From an uncultured Geobacteraceae bacterium (GTDB taxonomy: Bacteria > Desulfobacterota > Desulfuromonadia > Geobacterales > Pseudopelobacteraceae), in NCBI GenBank assembly GCA_903862245.1, contig CAIOXL010000110.1, positions 15,336 through 79,335 on the forward strand: a DNA stretch of 64,000 bases, in the 5' to 3' direction. Within the stretch, counting starts at the first letter, position 1; each line of letters begins with the position of its first letter. The position numbers and the translations under genes were made by a program. Shown one piece after another: positions 49,742-57,406 of this stretch. The notes under the pieces were generated by a model, which saw only the letters and a list, made by a program, of their open reading frames with translations, searched no databases and was not told the origin of the DNA.

Positions 49742-50500
49742 ATGAAAGACACGGCTGCCGAACATAGCGACGAAGCTATTATCAGTGCAGATCTGCTGCT
49801 GCAGTTGGCCTATAACGAAAAAATGGCTGAACTGGGCAAGATTTCTGCCGGTGTCGTGCATGAATTGAATGCTCCACTCTCCGTCATAATCTCAGCATCA
49901 CAAATGATCATGCGTGAAAATGATGTGCCGGAAGTCGTACAGGAAATGATCTCCCGCATCAGCTCCGAAGCGCAGCGATTGTCACAGCTGACCAGAGGTC
50001 TGCTGAATTTCAGCAGCCATCAGGCCGCAATCGTTGAGGCGGATCTCAATCTCACCGCAGATTTCATCCTTGATTTTCTGAATTATGAGGCGGCAAAGCG
50101 CGGGGTTGTGGTCCTGAGACAGTTTGATCACACGCTGCCGGTCATTCGTCTGGACGCCAATATCCTGAAGCAGATTCTGCTCAATATCGTTATGAACGCG
50201 CTGCAAGCCATGGAGAGCGGGGGGGGGAAACTCCTGGTGGAAACCTCTGCGGCAGAAAACGAAACCATCTGCATCACCATTAAAGACAATGGCCCGGGGA
50301 TTCCGCCCGAGGCGATCACCCGTATTTTTGACCGTTATTTCACCACAAAAAAACCGGGCGATGGCACCGGATTGGGTTTGTTCGTGACTAAAAAACTGGT
50401 GGACAGCATGGGTGGGGATATTACCGCATCAAGCAGAGTCGGCGGTGGAACGACCTTTACGGTCACGCTGCCGGTCAGTAGCAAATCTGAGCTGGACTAG
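49742..50500 (+). CDS. Small cytoplasmic histidine kinase (HisKA + HATPase_c only)
   Basis: Start MKDTAAEH. H-box HELNAPLS, N-box NALQA, G1 DNGPGI, G2 GTGLGL. No TM or sensor domain and no adjacent response regulator. Confidence 0.85.
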   Translation: MKDTAAEHSDEAIISADLLLQLAYNEKMAELGKISAGVVHELNAPLSVIISASQMIMRENDVPEVVQEMISRISSEAQRLSQLTRGLLNFSSHQAAIVEADLNLTADFILDFLNYEAAKRGVVVLRQFDHTLPVIRLDANILKQILLNIVMNALQAMESGGGKLLVETSAAENETICITIKDNGPGIPPEAITRIFDRYFTTKKPGDGTGLGLFVTKKLVDSMGGDITASSRVGGGTTFTVTLPVSSKSELD

Positions 50501-50517
50501 AGCGCGGATGGTTCACA

Positions 50518-51327
50518 TCACCCGACCGTACACATCACCTGCCGCACTCGGTATTCCCCGCCGATAACGAGATACTCCCCTTCTCCTTTCATAATGCTTC
50601 CCGGCAGCAGATCATTGTAAAAGAAAATTTTGCAGAGCGGCACCTGCACCTCCCAGACCGTCGAGCCAAATTCCCAGGCCCGCTCCTCGTCAGAGGTGAA
50701 TGACACCAGATTATTCAAACGGACAATCTGGCACCGCTTGTCTATCTGTTCGATAACCTCGTGTTCGTTGGCGTCGTAGGTACCGCGATACAGGGGAATG
50801 ATACGGTTTTCTGGGTGTTTGAGGAACAGTTCGTACTGGCAGTATTCGTAGAGGATATCAAGCTGGGATTGAATTGCATTGGTACGGGCACTCCCCTTCA
50901 TGACATCTAGGGAATAGCTGAAATAGGACTCACTGTGAATTCCGGTGATACGGCTGCGATGGAAGCTGGGGACGATCCCCATGCGGCTCTCAACCCAGCG
51001 CTTGAGCACCGCCCCCTCGATTGAGTTGGAATCCATCATCCAGCCGCGCAGATAGCGGAGATAGCTGTTTTTGATACTTTTCCGGGCGGCAGCGGTCTGG
51101 TCCTGCCACTGGTGCAGTTGGAACTTCACCGACATGTAGTCGTTGAATGTGAGGGCGCGCTCTTCCTGAGCGTTCAGGGTTGCCAACCTGTCAAAAAAGA
51201 AGCGGTTCCCCTCCTTGACCCCCTGAATTTCGAGCGTGTGCGGATTGTCGTTGAAATGGCGCGACGCGATGACCCAGGGCGGCAGGTTACAGTTGTTAAA
51301 GGAACCGTTGTGCATGCGGGTCATCAC
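50518..51327 (-). CDS. draT: NAD+-dinitrogen-reductase ADP-ribosyltransferase (DraT)
   Basis: The segments NCNLPPWVIASRHFNDNPHTLEI and YLRYLRGWMMDSNSIEGAVLKRWVESRMGIVPSFH match DraT as I remember it from Rhodospirillum/Azospirillum. The start is uncertain (51327, 51324 or 51315). Confidence 0.8.
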   Translation of the reverse strand: MMTRMHNGSFNNCNLPPWVIASRHFNDNPHTLEIQGVKEGNRFFFDRLATLNAQEERALTFNDYMSVKFQLHQWQDQTAAARKSIKNSYLRYLRGWMMDSNSIEGAVLKRWVESRMGIVPSFHRSRITGIHSESYFSYSLDVMKGSARTNAIQSQLDILYEYCQYELFLKHPENRIIPLYRGTYDANEHEVIEQIDKRCQIVRLNNLVSFTSDEERAWEFGSTVWEVQVPLCKIFFYNDLLPGSIMKGEGEYLVIGGEYRVRQVMCTVG

Positions 51328-51349
51328 CTCGCTGTGATTTGTGGCGGGA

Positions 51350-51422
51350 CGGCGGATGAGGGATGAGGGATGGAAGCTCCTAACTCATCGCTTCTAACTC
51401 ATCGTTCCTAACTCATCTCTCA
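51350..51422. repeat. Tandem-repeat hairpin element: (GGATGAG)2-3 facing three 14-nt TAACTCATCGYTYC units
   Basis: GATGAG copies on the left are complementary to CTCATC copies on the right. It fills the spacer between the nifX-like gene and draT. Confidence 0.7.
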
Positions 51423-51423
51423 C

Positions 51424-51753
51424 TCAAAGTATCTTAGCCAGTTCCACAAGCGTGTACTTGATCGGGCCGCTGGTCACAAACGGCTCGACACCGAGTTTTT
51501 CCAGTTCCGCCCTGGGGTGATCCCCCATCTGGGCGGTGACAACCGCCCGGCAGCCGGCAAGGGCTTCGGCAATCCCCTTGAGCAGATGCCCACGCAAGGG
51601 GTGTTCAGGATCAAAACTGCAGTAGCGCCCGACTTTCCGTTCGTCAACCAGCTTTGCATCGCCATTTTCCACATCATAAATCAGAAAGCGTTCGGCATGG
51701 CCGAAATGCTGGTTGATCTCTTTGCCGTCTTTTGATGCAACTGCTATCAGCAT
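51424..51753 (-). CDS. NifB/NifX-family FeMo-cofactor-binding domain protein
   Basis: 109 aa. The sequence MLIAVASKDGKEINQHFGHAERFLIYDV is the dinitrogenase FeMo-cofactor biosynthesis domain signature. Confidence 0.8.
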   Translation of the reverse strand: MLIAVASKDGKEINQHFGHAERFLIYDVENGDAKLVDERKVGRYCSFDPEHPLRGHLLKGIAEALAGCRAVVTAQMGDHPRAELEKLGVEPFVTSGPIKYTLVELAKIL

Positions 51754-51918
51754 ACCTCACCTCCTGTGGAACTGGCGTCTGCCCCGCTGTGCTTATTCCA
51801 ATTCCAGATCAAAGATGATCTCAAGGCGGCGAGGAGATCGGCAACGGAAGCGTACAGATAGCACGTTGAGGAGTCGATGACGAGCCAACGAAGAGAGGTC
51901 TTTGAAATGGAGTTGGAG

Positions 51919-52182
51919 TTACGCAACAACCGGTTCAAACGAGAAGCATTTCTTGGAGCAGGTACGTTCACACGCCTGACAGCCGATGCAGTTGCCGGCG
52001 TTAGCCACCCGCATATACATCTTGGCGGAATCGTCACCATCCAGCTCTTCAAACTCCAGTACATCATGGGCGCAGACCTTGTAGCACCGGCCGCAGCCGA
52101 TACAGAGGTCCTCATCAATGCTTTTCACAAACTGCGGGGTCCACTCCTGCTTGTCGCGGGTCAATCCGGTAATGTATGCCAT
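51919..52182 (-). CDS. 2x[4Fe-4S] ferredoxin, nif-associated (ferredoxin III type)
   Basis: 87 aa. Cys clusters CIGCGRCYKVC and CIGCQACERTC. Sits between nifX and the nifX-like gene. Confidence 0.85.
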   Translation of the reverse strand: MAYITGLTRDKQEWTPQFVKSIDEDLCIGCGRCYKVCAHDVLEFEELDGDDSAKMYMRVANAGNCIGCQACERTCSKKCFSFEPVVA

Positions 52183-52208
52183 CTGCGTGTCTCCTTTTGG
52201 GTATGGTG

Positions 52209-52601
52209 TCAGGACTCGTCGTCCAGAAAAGATGATGCGGAACTCTTGTTCATGGCTTTGCGCAGCCAGGGGGGCGGATTACCCCGCAGTACCTCCTGAA
52301 AGCGTTCCACCGTTGCTTTCAGACTGACTTCGGTGGTGGTCTTCATGGGATGAATCTTCTGCGCCACCAGCTTTGCCGCCGCCGGTCCGCCGATCTGCAT
52401 GGTGTACACGATGGCGCAATCGGAAAGCAGCTGTGCCCGCGCAGTAATTCGGTCCTCTTCATCAGCACCATGTTCACCGACGCTCACTGTTTCGAGAAAA
52501 GCGGCCTCGTCCGGTCCAACCTCCCAGATGTGGAAACTCTGGCACTGGCCGAAATGCTGATCAATACTTTCACCGGTCGATGTGGTAAATGCGATTTTCA
52601 T
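52209..52601 (-). CDS. nifX: Nitrogen fixation protein NifX
   Basis: 130 aa. MKIAFTTSTGESIDQHFGQCQSFHIWEV. Immediately downstream of nifEN. Confidence 0.8.
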   Translation of the reverse strand: MKIAFTTSTGESIDQHFGQCQSFHIWEVGPDEAAFLETVSVGEHGADEEDRITARAQLLSDCAIVYTMQIGGPAAAKLVAQKIHPMKTTTEVSLKATVERFQEVLRGNPPPWLRKAMNKSSASSFLDDES

Positions 52602-52610
52602 AATGACTCC

Positions 52611-55370
52611 TCAATTGTGCGCCAGCTTCTGCGCCTCTTTGGCATTGGCCTGAAACAGGTTGGCCACTTCAAACACCAGGTTCATGGTACCGCGATAGCC
52701 GACCCACATCTTTTGATGGGAACCGAGCCGGTCAAACACCGGCAGCCCGGCCCGGAGATGGGCCCCGATCTTGAGCTTTGCCGCCGCCTGACGTCCGTTG
52801 GAATTGGCTACCAGCAGGTCTGCTCCGGCACCGGCGCTCTCAAGATCCTCCAGATCGCCGACGAACAGGTTCTCGCAGGGGAGGCTGTCCAGCCCCCGGG
52901 TGCGGGTGGCTGACAGCGCCGCCTGAATCTCGCACCCCATGCCGGCGAGAAAATTCGTCACCGTTTTGAGATTGTCCGACTCCAGGGCAATGGCCACCTT
53001 TTTGGTACCGAACTGGTAATGGCTGTCAACCATGGCATCCATCAATCGGCTCCGCCAGCGGCGCTGTTTTTCCGGGATCGGGCGGCCGCTGATGGCTGCC
53101 AGCGTTGCCATGAACCGGTCCGTCTCGGCCAGACCGGTCAGCGAGGTAAACCCGTAGGCCGGGATGGCAAACTGCTGCTTCACCTTGAGAGCAGCCTTTG
53201 CCAGACTGTCTCCGACATACAGTGTCGCAATGCTCCGTCCGGCTTTTCTGATCTCCTCAACAGGTATGCCCCCGGTGGAAAGGGGCGATACCACTTCGTC
53301 AATGTGGCCGTCCATGGCATTGGAGATGTCCGGGATCGTCAGCACCGTCAAACCGTATGATTCTATCAGTTCCTTCAGTTCCTCCACATCCGCCGGTGTC
53401 AGGTGCGCGCCCGGGAGCAGGTTGACCTGGTCCGGAACAGGATCGCCCCCCTCCGGCAGAGTCGAGATAATCGCCTCCACCGCTGCCGCATATCCTTCCT
53501 GCAAAGAGCCGCAGTAATCGGGAGTCGATGCGTGAATAATCGGGATGTGCGCTGATTCCGGGTGTTCCTGGCGGAAGTGGACAATGGCGCTCTGCACGTC
53601 GTCACCCATGGTCTCCGTGAGCCCGGAAGTCATCACCCCCACCACCTCGGGGCTGAATTTTTCAATCACCCGGCCGATCCCTATTTTCAGATTATCCCAG
53701 CCGCCGAAGATGGCCGAATCTTCACTCATGGCCGTGGCGTTCAGGGCGATTGATTCCTTGTAGTGCCGTGACAGCTGCAGACGGATAAAGGTTGAACACC
53801 CCTGGGCGCCATGCAGCAGACCGAGCATGTTGTTGATTCCGAGATAGGCCATGGTGGCACCCAGTGCGGGTGAGTTCTTCTGCGGATTCACCGTTGCCGC
53901 TTTTTTCGGCACAAGAACCCGCGACACCGACAGATCCTCCGCCAGAAACATTTCCGCGTAGCAGGCAACGGCCGCAAGATCCGTTTTTTTCTGCTCTTCG
54001 CTCTTTTCCCAGGGCGCCGGAGCATTGAGCACCGGCCAGATCGGATTATTGACTGTCATATCCAGCTGCCGCGCAAAGGTCACCATCCCCTCATACCCGG
54101 CATAGGGGTGAGAGCGGCCATGGTTGATATCGAGAAAGGGGGTTTTGGTCTTGAGCGCCAGAAACTTGGTCTTGCCCCCCGCCACAATCAGATCCGGCAT
54201 TTTTTCCCGCATGACCGCCAGCAGGCCAGCCGTCGAGGTATCCTCAATGATCTTGGCATCGGCATGCATCAACCCCTTCATGCGGTAGAAGTCATCCAGA
54301 GTTGAATTCTGCGTGCCGGCCGCCAGGATTTCCACCCCCAGCTCATTCAGTGAATTGACCATGGACCAGGTTTTAACGCCGCCGGTGAACAGCACCGCCC
54401 GCTTTCCCTCCAGCTGCGCCCGGTAGGGGGCGATGGCTGCGCGGCATTTCGCTTCTTCTTCGTCGATAAGCCGCTCCACCCGGTCCTGCATGACCCGTTT
54501 TTCCAGGCCGTTGACGATATTGTCCAATTCCCGGGCGATATCGCGCAGCGCCTTGGCCGTATCGGTCATACCGTAGAACGACTCTTCCAGATAGGGCATG
54601 CCGTAGGTTTTCTGCATCTTCTTGGCGAGATTGGTCAGCGATTTTGAACAGATGATGATGTTGAGCTTGGCCCGATGGGCATAGCGCAGCTCCTCGAATT
54701 TGGCATCGCCGCTGAAGCAGGAGAGTACCTGGATGCCCAGCCGGTCAAAGAGCGGCAGCATCCCCCACAGATCGCCGGCGATGTTGTACTCGCCAATGAG
54801 GTTGATCGGATATTCACCCAGCACCGGCGGTTCGGTGGTACCGATCACATATTTGAAGAGAATTTCGCCGGCCAGGCGGTTGCCGATATTCTTGTCGCCG
54901 ATGAAACCGGGCGTATTGACCGGAATGACCGGAACGCCTACTTTTTCCGCAGCGGCCTTGCAGACCGTCTCCACGTCGTCGCCGGTCATGGCGGTGACGC
55001 AGGTGGCATAGACAAAGATGGCACGGGCCTGTTCCCTGTAGCGCTCCGCCAGGTCAAGAATCGCCCGGTAGAGTTTCTTTTCACCGCCGAAGATGACGTC
55101 ATTTTCCAGCATCTCGGTGGTGAAGCCGCGCCGGTACAGCTGTGCGTCTGATGAACGGGCTCCCCGGTTGTCCCAGGAGTTTCCGGCGCAGGCGATGGGG
55201 CCATGCACCAGATGGATGGCGTCGGTAATAGGCATGAGCACGACCCGGGCGCCGTCATAGGCACAGGAGCGTTCGGTCCCCTCTCCCGGTTCTGATTTTT
55301 TGCAGAATTTGGGCGCGCCCTTGTCGTGGGTCTCGCAGTTGTCGGTGTCGTACCAATCGGGCTTGGCCAT
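52611..55370 (-). CDS. nifEN: Fused nitrogenase FeMo-cofactor scaffold NifE-NifN
   Basis: NifE part (CAYDGARVVLMPITDAIHLVHGPIACAG...) runs continuously into a NifN part. Start chosen at MAKPDWYD (ATG 55370, AAGGA RBS), which gives an N-terminus of canonical NifE length. The ORF stays open to 55568, with another ATG at 55466. Confidence 0.88.
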   Translation of the reverse strand: MAKPDWYDTDNCETHDKGAPKFCKKSEPGEGTERSCAYDGARVVLMPITDAIHLVHGPIACAGNSWDNRGARSSDAQLYRRGFTTEMLENDVIFGGEKKLYRAILDLAERYREQARAIFVYATCVTAMTGDDVETVCKAAAEKVGVPVIPVNTPGFIGDKNIGNRLAGEILFKYVIGTTEPPVLGEYPINLIGEYNIAGDLWGMLPLFDRLGIQVLSCFSGDAKFEELRYAHRAKLNIIICSKSLTNLAKKMQKTYGMPYLEESFYGMTDTAKALRDIARELDNIVNGLEKRVMQDRVERLIDEEEAKCRAAIAPYRAQLEGKRAVLFTGGVKTWSMVNSLNELGVEILAAGTQNSTLDDFYRMKGLMHADAKIIEDTSTAGLLAVMREKMPDLIVAGGKTKFLALKTKTPFLDINHGRSHPYAGYEGMVTFARQLDMTVNNPIWPVLNAPAPWEKSEEQKKTDLAAVACYAEMFLAEDLSVSRVLVPKKAATVNPQKNSPALGATMAYLGINNMLGLLHGAQGCSTFIRLQLSRHYKESIALNATAMSEDSAIFGGWDNLKIGIGRVIEKFSPEVVGVMTSGLTETMGDDVQSAIVHFRQEHPESAHIPIIHASTPDYCGSLQEGYAAAVEAIISTLPEGGDPVPDQVNLLPGAHLTPADVEELKELIESYGLTVLTIPDISNAMDGHIDEVVSPLSTGGIPVEEIRKAGRSIATLYVGDSLAKAALKVKQQFAIPAYGFTSLTGLAETDRFMATLAAISGRPIPEKQRRWRSRLMDAMVDSHYQFGTKKVAIALESDNLKTVTNFLAGMGCEIQAALSATRTRGLDSLPCENLFVGDLEDLESAGAGADLLVANSNGRQAAAKLKIGAHLRAGLPVFDRLGSHQKMWVGYRGTMNLVFEVANLFQANAKEAQKLAHN

Positions 55371-55493
55371 ATTCGTATCCTTGAAGTGCTTTTCGTTTTC
55401 TGCTGCCGGTAACGAAAAACGGCGCTCCATTTCATGCTTGATGAATGTGGATGGCGCCGTTGCCATGCTAAAATTTTCGAGTTGCTTTATATT

Positions 55494-55509
55494 AGCAGGT
55501 GTCATGCCA
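55494..55509 (-). promoter_or_regulatory. Candidate sigma-54 promoter for nifEN
   Basis: Minus strand TGGCAT-GACAC-CTGCT with GG-N10-GC spacing. It lies inside the 5' extension of the long ORF. Confidence 0.55.
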
Positions 55510-55663
55510 AGTTGACGCATGATCTTAACAAGCTGAATTACTAACTGATTTATTCCAAGCGGATCCACAATTAGTCTTTAGATGCTTAATTTATATGCAG
55601 CATTAGCTCTATAGGTGTTCCTGGTTATCTGTCTGTGTATATTCTCCTTTGCTGTATCAGCAC

Positions 55664-55748
55664 CTATTTGGGGTAATTTGAAAGTTGTACTTGCAAATTA
55701 CCCCAAATAGCAAAAGGGATACCGCCTGACGTGGCAGTATCCCTTTTG
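55664..55748 (-). terminator. Two directly abutting perfect hairpins downstream of nifK
   Basis: Hairpin B has arms 55711-55722/55737-55748 (12 bp). Hairpin A has arms 55664-55680/55694-55710 (17 bp, 13-nt loop). In the mRNA sense B comes first and is followed by CUAUUU. Confidence 0.6.
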
Positions 55749-55766
55749 CTGTTATATCCCGAATCG

Positions 55767-57236
55767 TCAGCGCATCATCTCAAAAAACCGGTCTTCGCAG
55801 GTATCATCCTTGATATCGATAAATTTGTTGCAGATTTCTGTCACCATGTTGACCACACCCTGGTAACCGATGAGCGGATAACGGTGCTTGTTGACCCGGT
55901 CAAAGATCGGGAAGCCAAAGCGGAACAGCGGCACCTTGGCGTCGCGGGCGGCGAATTTGCCATGGGTGTCACCGATGATGGCATCCACCGGATCGGTTAC
56001 CACCAGGCTGCGCAGGTGCCAGAGATCCTTGTTCATGTAGATCTTGCAGCTGTTACCGTACATGGAACCGTCCAGTAGCGCCTGCAGCTCTTTTTCCGCT
56101 TTCTTGCTGCCACGGCTGCAGAGGATGTGGTGAGGACGGGCCCCCATCTCCAGCAGGAATGACACATACCCCATCAGGTAATCCGGATCGCCGTACACAG
56201 CGAACTTTTTGCCGTGCATGTACTGCTGTGAATCGGTCATGGCATCAACAGCGCGACCACGCTCGTTCTTCAGTGATGCCGGCACTTCCTTGCCGAACAG
56301 TTCGGCAATCTTCATGATCAGGGCGTCCGTTTTCTCGATCCCCATGGGCATGGGCAGGGAAACATGCTTGCCGGAATAATTGTCCTTGAGCCAGGTGAAG
56401 GTCTTGGGTGTGGCATACGGGCCGATGGCGATGGTGGCCTTGCCGTTGATCGAGTCTGCGGCGTCCTCAAGTTTTGTCCCGCCGGCATAGATGTTATAGG
56501 TGCCGTCGCAGGGGGAATCGAAGGTATCGCCGATGTCTGCAAGGATTGTGTACGGCACGCCGAACTCTTTCAGGATCCGTTTGTATTCACGGTAATCGCC
56601 GGTGTTGAAGTCGCAGCCCGGGATCAGGTTGAGCTTGCCGGTGCAGCGCCCCTCGATCTGTTTTCCCTCGGTCAGGTACTGCAGTATGGACACCAGCATG
56701 GAGTCATAGCCATGGATATGGGTACCGTTGAAGCTGGGGGTATTGGCAAACGGAACCGGCAGGTCCTTGGGGATATGCGCTTTCTGGCGGGCGTTCTTGA
56801 TGAACGCGGTCAGGTCGTCACCGATAACCTCCGGCATGCAGGAGGTGAAGACGGCAATCATCTTCGGTTTGTACAGGGCGACCGCATTTTCCAGCCCTTC
56901 GTGCAGGTTGTTCTGGCCGCCGAATACGGCGCTGTCCTCGGTCATGGAATCGGATACGGCCGGGGCCGGCTCACGGAAATGACGGTTAAGGGTCGAGCGG
57001 TAATAGGAGGCACACCCCTGTGAACCATGTACGAACGGCAGCGTCCCTTCAAAACCGTGTGCCGCCAGCTGGGCGCCCAGCGGCTGACAGGCGTGGGCCG
57101 GGTTGATCACCAGCGCCTGACGGGCAAAGTTCTTCTCTTTATACTCTTCGCTGTTGATCCAGTTTTTGACCCGCTCCACCTCTTCAGGCGGGGTCTCGGT
57201 AACCTTCTTGACTTCAAGTCCTAGCAAGTTTGACAT
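55767..57236 (-). CDS. nifK: Nitrogenase MoFe protein beta chain
   Basis: Start MSNLLGLEV (AAAGGAG RBS). NifK pattern (ALVINPAHACQPLGA..., GSQGCASY). Confidence 0.95.
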   Translation of the reverse strand: MSNLLGLEVKKVTETPPEEVERVKNWINSEEYKEKNFARQALVINPAHACQPLGAQLAAHGFEGTLPFVHGSQGCASYYRSTLNRHFREPAPAVSDSMTEDSAVFGGQNNLHEGLENAVALYKPKMIAVFTSCMPEVIGDDLTAFIKNARQKAHIPKDLPVPFANTPSFNGTHIHGYDSMLVSILQYLTEGKQIEGRCTGKLNLIPGCDFNTGDYREYKRILKEFGVPYTILADIGDTFDSPCDGTYNIYAGGTKLEDAADSINGKATIAIGPYATPKTFTWLKDNYSGKHVSLPMPMGIEKTDALIMKIAELFGKEVPASLKNERGRAVDAMTDSQQYMHGKKFAVYGDPDYLMGYVSFLLEMGARPHHILCSRGSKKAEKELQALLDGSMYGNSCKIYMNKDLWHLRSLVVTDPVDAIIGDTHGKFAARDAKVPLFRFGFPIFDRVNKHRYPLIGYQGVVNMVTEICNKFIDIKDDTCEDRFFEMMR

Positions 57237-57288
57237 TATGTACTCCTTTGGGCTGGCCACCAATCTGTGACACAGCCTGATTTTATTT

Positions 57289-57399
57289 TAACACTGAGAC
57301 GCAGAGGCACTGAGAAAAGCACATGATTCTGATTTTAAACCAGGACAATTTAAGGTACTGGTCTTCTCTGTGTCTCTGTGTCTCTGTGCCTCTGTGTTG
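57289..57399. repeat. Periodic-arm hairpin element E2 (nifD-nifK spacer)
   Basis: Left arm AACAC+(NGAGNNNC)x2+TGAGAAAA. Right arm (NNCTCTGT)x4+GTT, partly complementary to the left. The loop contains TGATTCTGATTTT. Confidence 0.75.
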
Positions 57400-57406
57400 A
57401 GAAGGT

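Noticed and set aside
51747-52118. 123-aa minus-strand ORF overlapping the ferredoxin gene and the 165-nt spacer at 51754-51918.
   Set aside because: It is in a different frame over the clearly real ferredoxin gene and has an Arg/Ser/Trp-rich translation. I found no convincing small nif gene (nifT/nifW/nifZ-like) in the spacer.
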